Origin: a virus
Taxonomy: Duplodnaviria; Caudoviricetes
Virus record (IMG/VR): IMGVR_UViG_3300015607_002466
Coordinates: 13,394 to 77,393 of that record
Strand: one strand, 5' to 3'
DNA length: 64,000 nucleotides
A program made the translations under genes and the position numbers. This document shows positions 47,622 to 56,893 of this stretch, piece after piece. The first letter of the stretch is position 1; each line of letters starts with the position of its first letter. The notes beneath the pieces are model-generated. The model was not told the DNA's origin and ran no database searches. It saw nothing but the letters and a program-made list of their open reading frames with translations.

Positions 47622-47723
47622 TTAGTGGTAAATGAAAGGATCGCTCTTCTTCATTTGTTTGATTTTACGTTTGGTCTCGAAATAGTTTTTTACCAAGTAA
47701 ATCCAGTAGCGAATGGTGTTCAT
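47622..47723 (-). CDS. 33-aa basic micro-protein ending DPFIYH (not in the ORF track)
   Basis: Hand translation MNTIRYWIYLVKNYFETKRKIKQMKKSDPFIYH; SD GGAG and TAAATA upstream; stops 9 nt before the carbamoyltransferase ATG. Confidence 0.75.
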   Translation of the reverse strand: MNTIRYWIYLVKNYFETKRKIKQMKKSDPFIYH

Positions 47724-47771
47724 TTTTTCTCCATAAATAATCTTCGATTGGAATATTTATTGGTACGAAAA

Positions 47772-48209
47772 ATGATACAAATAGCACATCGCGGTAATTT
47801 TGCAGGTCGAAATAAAGAACGTGAAAATACGCTTAGTTATCTTAACGAAGCTATAGACGCGGGGTATGATGTTGAAGTAGATGTTTGGGTAATAGATGGT
47901 AAATTCTTTTTGGGACATGATGGTCCCGAACATCCCATTACCATTTGGGACCTTTTACAAATTGAAGAACACTCTTGGTTCCACGCTAAAAACTATGAAG
48001 CCTTTGTTGAGTTATTGAAGCATGAGCTTCACGTATTCTTTCATGATAAGGACGAATATACACTAACATCACATGGCGTCATTTGGGCTTATTCTGGTAA
48101 ATTCGTTAACGAATACGCAATCGCATGTATGCCTGAAATGACAGAAGGTTTTGAGGTACCAGAAAATGCGATGGGCGTTTGTTCAGATAATTTGAAACCT
48201 ATCGTATAA
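47772..48209 (+). CDS. Minimal glycerophosphodiester-phosphodiesterase-like protein
   Basis: IAHRGN...EN...GYDVEVDVW...LGHD motifs. Start reassigned to ATG 47772. Confidence 0.75.
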   Translation: MIQIAHRGNFAGRNKERENTLSYLNEAIDAGYDVEVDVWVIDGKFFLGHDGPEHPITIWDLLQIEEHSWFHAKNYEAFVELLKHELHVFFHDKDEYTLTSHGVIWAYSGKFVNEYAIACMPEMTEGFEVPENAMGVCSDNLKPIV

Positions 48210-49092
48210 GTCATACCATATACTAGTACACTCTTGTAATCCTTGTTCAAACTTCTCTGTAAATTGTAATACTTCATTTGGATTGTTTTTGAAGTATTCG
48301 TATTCGTATTTGCCTTTTATTCGCATATCACGAACAATCATTACATCAAGAAAATAATCATACATGATTACGCCGTATTTCTGTAAGAAAGAAAACAGTG
48401 TCGCATGGGGGAAGCAGAAATTTGTTTCTTCTTCCTTCCTTTTTGCGTCAATGTATGCACTTGATAGTAAATCTAAAACTTGCGAAGGCCCATAAAAGCT
48501 AAAATCTGGAATTCCTGGAACATCAGAAACGATAGTTCCAAATCTATCTTCAATTTGGACTTCACTAAAGCATTTCAGTTTCTGACCTGGAGTTTTAACA
48601 CTGTCATTGTAATTTAGTCCAAATTTGTCTTTAGCTGAGCATATGTTTTTTACGCAATTGTTTATTTCCCACGAATTCGGTTTAAAGACTATATCAGGTC
48701 GAATTTGAATAACCAGATCATATTTTGCGTTAGAAGATAGTTCAACGCTACGCTTAGATAGGTTCGACAAATAAATCAGCTTCAAAAAAGAGAGTGATGG
48801 GTTTAACGATGCATCAAATTCATGTGTGGTAAACGACACTAGATGCATTTTAGCATCTCTAAAATCTTTCTTTATGCTTTCTTTAATTTCTTCTGTTAAT
48901 GCGATAGAAATTCTTTCAGCACGACAAGTATTTTCTAAAGGATCAACATCATAGTACGTATACGAATCAATATCCCACGTGTCAAAAAAACCAATCTAAT
49001 TTTTGTGGGAACTTTCTAAATGTTTGAAAAATATTGTGTTTACATACATCCCAAGATCGGATGCTTCCGCGAACACATACTGCAATTCTCAT
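48183..49092 (-). pseudogene. GT-like gene split by a +1 frameshift in a T7 run (or expressed by recoding/slippage)
   Basis: ATG 49092 (ATGA overlap) gives MRIAVCVRGSIRSW...LDWFF then TGA. Removing one T gives FFDTWD and joins the 48183-48848 ORF. The paralogue at 52315 reads YFFVTWD. Confidence 0.75.
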
Positions 49093-49727
49093 TTTATATT
49101 CTCCAGTGAAGCATATTCACAGTTCATCCTTTGAAGTAGGCGTTTAATGAAGTAATCTGGTTCAGACTCTTCATAATTTAAAGTGATTCTGTCAGAGTTA
49201 ATAAAGCTTATGATGTTTTGTATATTGTTGAAAATAAACCTATTTCCAGTCATCAAGAAGCTGAATGGATCTTTTCCGGAACTTGCGTTATTTGTCAAAT
49301 AGTATAATTTGTTCGGATTTAGATTAAAGCCATTAAGGGTTTTTAACTTTTCTAAAATTGAAATGTCAAAATCCGTAGTCGGCGTTAATTGAAAATACCA
49401 TTCATACTTATCAATTTTATGTATGAATTGATTAACTTCCCTGAAGTTTTCACAAAGGGTCGCCATTTCATACAGCCTTCTGTTAGAGTGAATAGAAAAC
49501 TGTATTGTAAAAATTATATTCACGACACCAATATTCTGCAAATCTTTTAACATGCCATAAAGGTTAGATTTTAAGAAACCCTCTTCATTAATGGTACAGA
49601 CATAAACATCAAATCTACTATAGTGTTCGGTTTCTTTTAGCAAACCATAAATCCACGAATAGTAAGATTCGTTGAAACGACATTCTACGTCGAGAATGCA
49701 TACGCAAGCAATATCAGATGTGTTCAT
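49089..49727 (-). CDS. Hypothetical, divergent GT-like protein
   Basis: 212 aa, AT-rich, overlapping its neighbours. Confidence 0.55.
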   Translation of the reverse strand: MNTSDIACVCILDVECRFNESYYSWIYGLLKETEHYSRFDVYVCTINEEGFLKSNLYGMLKDLQNIGVVNIIFTIQFSIHSNRRLYEMATLCENFREVNQFIHKIDKYEWYFQLTPTTDFDISILEKLKTLNGFNLNPNKLYYLTNNASSGKDPFSFLMTGNRFIFNNIQNIISFINSDRITLNYEESEPDYFIKRLLQRMNCEYASLENIK

Positions 49728-50688
49728 TTATACCGGGGAAAATTGACATTCGAATAAATTTGTTGGGTATAAGCGGCAAAGTCGCATCAACTTTTACTTC
49801 CCACTTATCTGTGATTCCTAAATATTTATCTTGATCTAAATGCAACCAATTTCCAAATTGAATTAAATTGAACCGTCTCTTAAGCAGCTCCCGTTCAACC
49901 ACAATTTGATTAACGTATTTGTTAACTTCTTGAAAGTTGTTAAGAAGGTGTATCGCGAATTTTTTACTAATGGACGAAATTTCAAACATTCGCTTTCGCT
50001 TATTTAGAAGGTCTACAATTTCTTTGTTTGCAATACAATAACCAATCCTACATCCAGCAGATCCAATACCTTTACTGAAAGAATTTACGAAAACTATGCC
50101 TTTATCAATCCAAGACAATGGAACTTCTGTTTTTCCAAACTCGCCATATGCTTGATCTAACACTATTGGAATATTAGTGAGTGTGAGTTTTTCTATTTCC
50201 GCCAAGGAAACTAAATCCCCAACTGGAGAGTTTGGATTTCCTATAATAATCAGATTCACATTTGGACCACAATATATTTCAGTGTTTAATTTCAACTTGT
50301 TGTCTACAAGTTGGTACTTAAAAGTGATCTTTTTCCCTTGATTCTGTTTGAGATAAACGTCATACATTGGGAAATGTGCTTCTGGCATTACTACTTCCGA
50401 CCCTGGCGAAACAAACACGTCAAACAATGTGTTCAAAACTGAATCAGACCCGGCAGCAACATAAATGTTTTCTTTTGAGACTCCATTAAATTCTGCTAGC
50501 TTTATTCTAAGATCTATATCAGAAGAATAGTAAATAAAATCCTCTTGCGTTAAACTATTTTTGAATGAAGAGAAAAAGGAATCACTGAACGGCAAAGTGC
50601 GCTCGCACATATTAAGACGTCTTTTGTTTGGATCCATTGGACCCATTTCTTTTCTCTCAATTTCGGCTAAATGCAGGTTGAACTTCAT
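49714..50688 (-). CDS. PLP-dependent class I/II aminotransferase (HisC-like)
   Basis: AGSD, NPNSPVG, DQAYGEF and SFSK...RIGY motifs. Confidence 0.88.
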   Translation of the reverse strand: MKFNLHLAEIERKEMGPMDPNKRRLNMCERTLPFSDSFFSSFKNSLTQEDFIYYSSDIDLRIKLAEFNGVSKENIYVAAGSDSVLNTLFDVFVSPGSEVVMPEAHFPMYDVYLKQNQGKKITFKYQLVDNKLKLNTEIYCGPNVNLIIIGNPNSPVGDLVSLAEIEKLTLTNIPIVLDQAYGEFGKTEVPLSWIDKGIVFVNSFSKGIGSAGCRIGYCIANKEIVDLLNKRKRMFEISSISKKFAIHLLNNFQEVNKYVNQIVVERELLKRRFNLIQFGNWLHLDQDKYLGITDKWEVKVDATLPLIPNKFIRMSIFPGINEHI

Positions 50689-51590
50689 ATTATTTCTTGG
50701 AGAATTTTAGTCAGTTCTTTATATGAGCAGTTTTTGCAATGCTCAGTTGGTTGGTTATTCTTACAACCATCTGCAATTTCAATGAACCGTTTATTAGAAA
50801 ATGATTGAGAAACGGCAGGATCAAACACTAGGTTTCCGACAGGTTTTGCTGAGGTATTCATACAACAGATCTTCACGTCCCCATTAACTGACATGTATAG
50901 ACCCTCTTTAACCCAGAAACAGTCATTATAGTCCCAAACTTGGCGACCCTTCATTACGTTTCGATAAGTCTTTAAGAATTCAATATCCTCTTGTTTGAAG
51001 CCGTTGATTATCCCTTCAACCTTTTCATCTTCGCTCCAGTTTTGAACTACATTCAAACGCAGTTCATCTAAGTTGAAACGCTCCAATAGCCTTTCTACTT
51101 TTGGTATATCGTACACATTGTCAGGATTAATCGTGTAGTTGATTGCGATTTTGCAGTTAAACCTGTCGCATTCCTTAAGTTCTGAAAGAAACTTTAAAAG
51201 CTTTGACCATTTTGCCGGCTTTCTAAACTTTTCATACGTCTCACCATATCCATCAATACTAAGATACAGTAGGTCAATAAATTCTAGGGATCGTTTGAAA
51301 TTTCCGCTCAACTGAAATTGACCATTAGTTGCGCTAATTATTTTAGCATTTGGGAAAGTTTCTTTTGTCAGACGACAAATCTCAGAAAACTTTGGATGGA
51401 GGAAAGGTTCACCCATCCCCATAAGTTTTATTTCTTCGATTGGATGGTTTTTGATTTTGCTTAATACGACCTTATATGTCTCAACAGACATATGTTCAGA
51501 TTTGGAGACGACCTCTTCCCTATTACAAAATGAACAATTCAGATTGCAATATGATGTCGTCTCCAAATAGGCGTATTTTATTTTACGCAT
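50685..51590 (-). CDS. Radical SAM protein with a SPASM/twitch domain
   Basis: CNLNCSFC, GEPFLHP and C-terminal C...GDVKICC...CKNC. Confidence 0.9.
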   Translation of the reverse strand: MRKIKYAYLETTSYCNLNCSFCNREEVVSKSEHMSVETYKVVLSKIKNHPIEEIKLMGMGEPFLHPKFSEICRLTKETFPNAKIISATNGQFQLSGNFKRSLEFIDLLYLSIDGYGETYEKFRKPAKWSKLLKFLSELKECDRFNCKIAINYTINPDNVYDIPKVERLLERFNLDELRLNVVQNWSEDEKVEGIINGFKQEDIEFLKTYRNVMKGRQVWDYNDCFWVKEGLYMSVNGDVKICCMNTSAKPVGNLVFDPAVSQSFSNKRFIEIADGCKNNQPTEHCKNCSYKELTKILQEII

Positions 51591-52318
51591 TATTCACCAT
51601 CAGTTATATGAGCAGAAGCTTTTCTATCAAGATATTCTGCCAATTCTTCAGGAGTTCCTACTTGATCTACATGATTGACGTATTCGATTGTTATCTTCTT
51701 GTCAATAGCATAGTTATAAACTGGAGCAACATAGAATTCGTTGTTGGTTCTATCATTAGCCGCAATCATAGCTTTAGCAGCGTCCATGAAGTATTGCCAC
51801 TTCTTCCAGTAGTACATTCCACTAGTTGCATGTTCGCTTATCTGTTTTTTCTCAGCGACTTCAGTTACTAAGCCCTGTAGATTTACTTTCGCATAAGACC
51901 ATTTAGTGCCCTCTCCAGGGAAACAGAAGATGCAGCCACCAAACTCAGAATTTTCTAGAGTGTCTATAACGTCACGATCCCAATGAACTAATTGATCACT
52001 ATTAACCAACATGACGGAATCATCCGGTGATAATACCTTATCTGCCAGCATAACAGTACAAGCTGCACCTTCGGTCAAACCATCAACTTCAACAATTTTG
52101 TAGTTGCTAAGAAATGAAGAAAATAATCGATGTAGATCGTATTTTTCAACGTGCGCTTTTTGGCATAGAAAAATGTGCTCATGCCCCATCATTCCTACGT
52201 GCTCAACTACATGACGTATCATAGGCTTACCAAGAAACTCGATAAGAGGTTTTGGATTTTCATAACCCTGTGAGCTAAACCTACTACCTAGTCCTGCCAT
52301 TGGTACAATAATTTTCAT
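51590..52318 (-). CDS. Sugar/polyol-phosphate nucleotidyltransferase-family protein
   Basis: PMAGLGSRF...PKPLI, GAACTV and VAEKKQIS motifs. Confidence 0.85.
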   Translation of the reverse strand: MKIIVPMAGLGSRFSSQGYENPKPLIEFLGKPMIRHVVEHVGMMGHEHIFLCQKAHVEKYDLHRLFSSFLSNYKIVEVDGLTEGAACTVMLADKVLSPDDSVMLVNSDQLVHWDRDVIDTLENSEFGGCIFCFPGEGTKWSYAKVNLQGLVTEVAEKKQISEHATSGMYYWKKWQYFMDAAKAMIAANDRTNNEFYVAPVYNYAIDKKITIEYVNHVDQVGTPEELAEYLDRKASAHITDGE

Positions 52319-53199
52319 TTTAGATTCTCTTTCTTATCTTTAAAGTTTTGATTTGCTCGTTTAACCTGGTCAAGTGTTTTTTCGCTTGGATTGAAAAAGT
52401 TAACTGGTTCATTAAAATATTCTAAAGGTCGAACAATTTCGGCATCCTTTATAAACATAATGACTGGTAGAGTAGTATTTACTAATTTGAAATTTAAGAA
52501 ATGATCTGCCAACATGTTGTGCGGATGTAGATGTTTTATCATCTCGTCGCGCCTTCTATTGTAGAGAAAGGCAAATTCTGACGTCAAAATATCTGAGGTG
52601 AAACCATTTGAAATAAAAAACACGTCTTCGACAAATAATGAGTTAGGATTACTGACTTTTGCGTTTTTAATTTCATGTTTTCGTGGCAAGATTTCTATCT
52701 TAGCGCCAAATACAAAGTCATTTATAGGAGCATTAATGTCTTGGTGCTCTTTAAAGAATTCCTGCTTGTGCTGAGCTAGATATAAATCTGGTCTAGCTTC
52801 AAACACTAAATCAAAATAGCAATTGTTTTCTATCTCATAATTTTGCTTTAACAATCCTGAAATGTATCGAACATAGCTTATCAAGTGATATTCTTCTGGA
52901 AGGCTAATATCCTTAATAAATTCTTTTACCTTGTGGTAATCTAGTATGTGTAATTGTAGATTTTTTCCTTCAAAATCGAATTTTATACTATTAACGTCGA
53001 TAGACGAGAGGTTTTTAAATTCAAATTTTGTTATATTTGATTTTGTGTCGATAGAAAAATACGTACAATCCCATGTCACAAAAAAGTAAACGATGTTGAA
53101 ATGTTCTTCATACGGCTTAAAAGCTTCAAATATACTAAACTTAGCGTTATTCCAAGATCTAACTTGGCCCCTTAAAATGACAGCAAGATTCTTTTTCAT
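52315..53199 (-). CDS. GT-like hypothetical protein
   Basis: AVILRGQ.R...FFVTWD...FDLVFEARPD pattern. Confidence 0.6.
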   Translation of the reverse strand: MKKNLAVILRGQVRSWNNAKFSIFEAFKPYEEHFNIVYFFVTWDCTYFSIDTKSNITKFEFKNLSSIDVNSIKFDFEGKNLQLHILDYHKVKEFIKDISLPEEYHLISYVRYISGLLKQNYEIENNCYFDLVFEARPDLYLAQHKQEFFKEHQDINAPINDFVFGAKIEILPRKHEIKNAKVSNPNSLFVEDVFFISNGFTSDILTSEFAFLYNRRRDEMIKHLHPHNMLADHFLNFKLVNTTLPVIMFIKDAEIVRPLEYFNEPVNFFNPSEKTLDQVKRANQNFKDKKENLK

Positions 53200-53762
53200 A
53201 ATTCACTCGACAATAAAGGGACACCAATCCTATGGGCAATAAAAGAGATGAGTCCACCAGGATTAGATTCAAGTTCTTTAACACTCCTAATGGAGCTAAC
53301 CAGAATCTTCAATATTGCTGGATTCACAATAAAAATCATGTCGCTAAGCTCATTAAGCGAATTGAACTTGTTAAAAGATTTAATGGGTAGATAAATCTGT
53401 TTTGGGTTATTCACAATAACATTGAGCTGACTTTTTAGTGTGTCCTTTTTGATGTCGACGAATTTCATCAAATTGACTTGCTTAACGTCTGATAAATTCA
53501 GAACAACATCAAACATATTTTGTAGTTCTATTTCTTGTTTGTTAACAAAAAGCACGGTTTTTCTTAAAGCTTCTGATATTTTTACCCCATTAGGATAACG
53601 AATAAGCGTTATATTCTGATTCAGGTTAATGTTAAAATCTGAAACACAATGAATAAGCAAATGGCAGTTTAATCCATCTGTTATTTGCGAAAGAATATTA
53701 GTTAGAATTTTTTTATTGACTATCTGCGGGGAAATCAAAATTAAATTTATCAGAACGTTCAT
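53196..53762 (-). CDS. Hypothetical, possibly degenerate GT-like protein
   Basis: 188 aa, very AT-rich, coupled to its neighbours. Confidence 0.5.
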   Translation of the reverse strand: MNVLINLILISPQIVNKKILTNILSQITDGLNCHLLIHCVSDFNINLNQNITLIRYPNGVKISEALRKTVLFVNKQEIELQNMFDVVLNLSDVKQVNLMKFVDIKKDTLKSQLNVIVNNPKQIYLPIKSFNKFNSLNELSDMIFIVNPAILKILVSSIRSVKELESNPGGLISFIAHRIGVPLLSSEL

Positions 53763-54375
53763 AAATTTCTTTCACTAGCTTAGAATTTAACATACCAAAC
53801 GATTTCACATGTACTACGTTGGCTTTACTTGCTTTAGCAGCTGTTAATCCAACCTCACTATCTTCAAAAATAACAGTTTGGTTAGGTGTTGATCCTAATG
53901 ATTCTATAGCGAAGCAATACATGTCTGGGCTAGGCTTTGATTTAAAACTTGAATCATTTCCAAGTGATAAATCTACCAACTCATCGATACCTAATTCGGA
54001 TTTAATGAAAGAGATGTATTCTGATCTAGCGTTTGAAACTAACGCAGTTTTTATTCCTTTGTCTTTTAAGAACGTAAAGATTTCTTTACTTTCTTTGTTA
54101 AATTTTTCATCGTGTAGCTTAAGCTCTTCTAAAAGATAATCAAATTTTTTCTTAAGAAACTCGGCCTTTAATAAAGGATCAACCGAAAAGCTAAATTTTT
54201 TAGCAAAGTATTCAAGCTTCAAAAACGTTGGTATTGGACCAAGGAATAGATCTTCTTCTAAGGAAATAGTAATTCCAAAGAATTCGTTTAAAGCTCTTCT
54301 TAGTGAAGTGAAATTAGCTAACTCACTGTCAATTAAAACGCCATCTATGTCAAACACGAATGATTTCATTTCCAT
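53713..54375 (-). CDS. HAD-family phosphatase (beta-PGM-like)
   Basis: FDIDGVLIDS, VSNA and KPSPD...IFEDS..G motifs. Confidence 0.9.
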   Translation of the reverse strand: MEMKSFVFDIDGVLIDSELANFTSLRRALNEFFGITISLEEDLFLGPIPTFLKLEYFAKKFSFSVDPLLKAEFLKKKFDYLLEELKLHDEKFNKESKEIFTFLKDKGIKTALVSNARSEYISFIKSELGIDELVDLSLGNDSSFKSKPSPDMYCFAIESLGSTPNQTVIFEDSEVGLTAAKASKANVVHVKSFGMLNSKLVKEIYERSDKFNFDFPADSQ

Positions 54376-55316
54376 TTTTCCATAACCTTTTTAAATCCTT
54401 CGCGACTTCTTAGTTTATTATAGAAAGTTTTGCTATAATTCCAATGCGAATTGGGGCCTGGATGCATTCCATCTCTCCCAATGTTTTGTTTAAAAGGTCT
54501 CTCAAAATTAGGCAATACTACACCCTCGTCTTGCAAGAATTCAGAATGAATGATATGCTCTCTTAAATCCTTTGGTGCATTCAACATCATGGCGTCGCCA
54601 AAACCTAAAAACTTATTGTTACAAAAATCTATTTTAGTGGTATCCCAAGTATAAAAATAAAATGGAATATTTTGAGAATCTAGAAACAGTTTAAGAAATA
54701 GTAGATTTCTAAATGCTTCATGGAGACGGTGTAAAGGGTTAAATGACTTTAAATAATTTGAGTGAATATTCTTTACTATTGGATCGGTAAACTTGTCATA
54801 AGTTGTAATGAATCCATACATCTCTATTTGATTATAACTGTTTTGGAATAAAATTTCACTCCTAGTTATAGATGGTAGTAATAGCAATACCACATCTGGA
54901 ACAAAAATCTTATTTTTGATAGTTAAGTATGTAAATCTGGTAATAGCGTCAATTGAGAAACCCCCATACCCAATGTTATACATTTTGGGAGTTTTTCCTA
55001 TTTCTTTCGAAATGAATCCATTTACAAAACTAGCCCAAGTATGTTCTACAGGAAGGCCTACTCCTTCTGTTATAGAACATCCCGAATAGAGAATTTTGAC
55101 AGGGTCATTGTTGTCAAAATTCTCACTTCTAAAGCCATAAGAATTCCTACGGTAAAAAAATTGATCTTTACCGTAGGTTAAGAACTTATTATTTTTAGTT
55201 ACTTTTTTGAAATTATCTTCGCAGTCCGGGCCATTCCACTGCTCTATTTTATTTTTTGTTGATGCTAAATAATCAAAACGATAGTCATCCCAGAAGTTTA
55301 AATCTGTGTTGGTCAT
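54366..55316 (-). CDS. SGNH-hydrolase-like protein
   Basis: NSYGFRS, GCSITEG (Ser nucleophile) and DGMHPG (DxxH). Confidence 0.7.
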   Translation of the reverse strand: MTNTDLNFWDDYRFDYLASTKNKIEQWNGPDCEDNFKKVTKNNKFLTYGKDQFFYRRNSYGFRSENFDNNDPVKILYSGCSITEGVGLPVEHTWASFVNGFISKEIGKTPKMYNIGYGGFSIDAITRFTYLTIKNKIFVPDVVLLLLPSITRSEILFQNSYNQIEMYGFITTYDKFTDPIVKNIHSNYLKSFNPLHRLHEAFRNLLFLKLFLDSQNIPFYFYTWDTTKIDFCNNKFLGFGDAMMLNAPKDLREHIIHSEFLQDEGVVLPNFERPFKQNIGRDGMHPGPNSHWNYSKTFYNKLRSREGFKKVMEKWK

Positions 55317-55360
55317 AATTTACAAAAATAGAATTTGATCAAATTCTATTTATCAGAAAA

Positions 55361-56893
55361 TTACTCTGCGGTTTCTTTAAACTCTTGCGAACCTGGATTT
55401 GCACCTTGAGGATTTAAAACCCAACCCTCTTTTTTAGCTTTCTCTTTTAGTTCCTCAGCAATTTGGTCTGCATATCCGGAAGAATCACCGCTTTTAAATT
55501 GGATTAGCGGCTGAATGTTTGTCTCAGGAATTCCATCATACCATTCAATTAGGTCAGAATGATCTTTGAATGTTTCACGGAAATTCTTTCCACGGCGCAT
55601 GTCATATTGAGTAAAGAATGACTTGAAATCACGCTCACGAGATTCAATAGAAGAGGTATGTGAATGTCCTACTTCGACATTCTTGATATAAGCAATCAAG
55701 CGCTCAAGGCTATCTTTTTCAAATTGATCAAAGTATGGGCGATTCTTGTTCTCATTGAACCATTTCTCAATGATTGCACCTTGCTTCTCTCGAATATGTT
55801 TAGGCAAAGTAACAATTGACATGAAACTTGGGAAGCGGAGAATGTTGAAGCTCATATAAGGAGACTTCTTCTTGTATTGCTCCTTTACTTTGAACATCTC
55901 CTCCATAAATTCTACTAGACTGAATAGGCAAAGGCTATTATTTGTGAGCATTGCATGCATGGCATGACAATTGCCCTCATTGCTCATTAGGTGTAGATTC
56001 TCTAACCAAGTATCCCAAACAAGACCGTCACGAATGTACTCCGCATGCGCACCAAATGCTTCATTAGACGTATAAAGTTCAAAATGCTTGAATGAACGAG
56101 AAGATTCTGCTAGACGCTGAATCAACGACTTTTTTGCGCCAAGGTTAGAGTTGACAGCAAGGTTCACTTCACATTCTGGATGCTGTTTCCACCAATCCAT
56201 CAACTTCCAGAATTCTGGAGACATGGTTGCTTCACCACCAGTAATACGAAGTTCCTTCAAAGATTTTTGAAGATCGCTTTCCCACCATTTCCAAAACGCC
56301 TCAATGTAAGGATTACCTTCATTCTTTAGGCCATATGGAATTGTCCAAGATCCATCTTGTTGGAATGCTCCGGCTCCGTCACTTACTAGATTTTGGTACG
56401 GGCCGTTAGTCTTTACATCACCTTGCCAGGAGGTAGAGAAACTTGGATTGCAATACGAACAAGAGAAGTTACAATTTGAATCAAAGGCTATTTCAAGGGT
56501 TTTGAGGTCAACATCAGCATTTGCGCCAAGATCGAACGCGCATGCTTGTAGATCTGCGTCAGAGTAAATTACGGATTTGTAAACACGATCTGAGACTTTG
56601 TCAGGACCTAACGCCTCAACTCTCCAACAATAATCACATTCTTTTGGTTTTTGACCAAGCAACATTTCTTGGCGAACGAGCTTCTTGTATTCGGTATTGT
56701 GAAGAGCCTTCATGGACTTCTTTAGCTCATCAAGAGGAATCTTATGAGCCGGAGGGTGATGGCAAGACGCGGTCATCCCGTTGTTTAACCATATAGAAGC
56801 ATTATACCATTTTGCGCCGCAGAAGCTCGGTGAAATCGGGTCAACAACCCGATCCCGATACTCTTGGAAAGATTCGTTAGCTTTCTTGAACAT
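55361..56893 (-). CDS. Radical SAM protein with an N-terminal twitch-like Cys cluster
   Basis: FCGAKW...SCHH, CDYCW, CNFSCSYC and ITGGEA motifs. Confidence 0.88.
   Translation of the reverse strand: MFKKANESFQEYRDRVVDPISPSFCGAKWYNASIWLNNGMTASCHHPPAHKIPLDELKKSMKALHNTEYKKLVRQEMLLGQKPKECDYCWRVEALGPDKVSDRVYKSVIYSDADLQACAFDLGANADVDLKTLEIAFDSNCNFSCSYCNPSFSTSWQGDVKTNGPYQNLVSDGAGAFQQDGSWTIPYGLKNEGNPYIEAFWKWWESDLQKSLKELRITGGEATMSPEFWKLMDWWKQHPECEVNLAVNSNLGAKKSLIQRLAESSRSFKHFELYTSNEAFGAHAEYIRDGLVWDTWLENLHLMSNEGNCHAMHAMLTNNSLCLFSLVEFMEEMFKVKEQYKKKSPYMSFNILRFPSFMSIVTLPKHIREKQGAIIEKWFNENKNRPYFDQFEKDSLERLIAYIKNVEVGHSHTSSIESRERDFKSFFTQYDMRRGKNFRETFKDHSDLIEWYDGIPETNIQPLIQFKSGDSSGYADQIAEELKEKAKKEGWVLNPQGANPGSQEFKETAE

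Noticed and set aside
47625-47771. 49-aa N-terminal extension of the GDPD-like ORF
   Set aside because: It overlaps the better-supported antisense 33-aa ORF and both promoters; the family motif starts at ATG 47772.
53713-53762. Frameshift fusion of HAD with the downstream ORF
   Set aside because: The HAD domain is complete, and the 50-nt overlap is explained by an internal ATG; no slippery site stands out.
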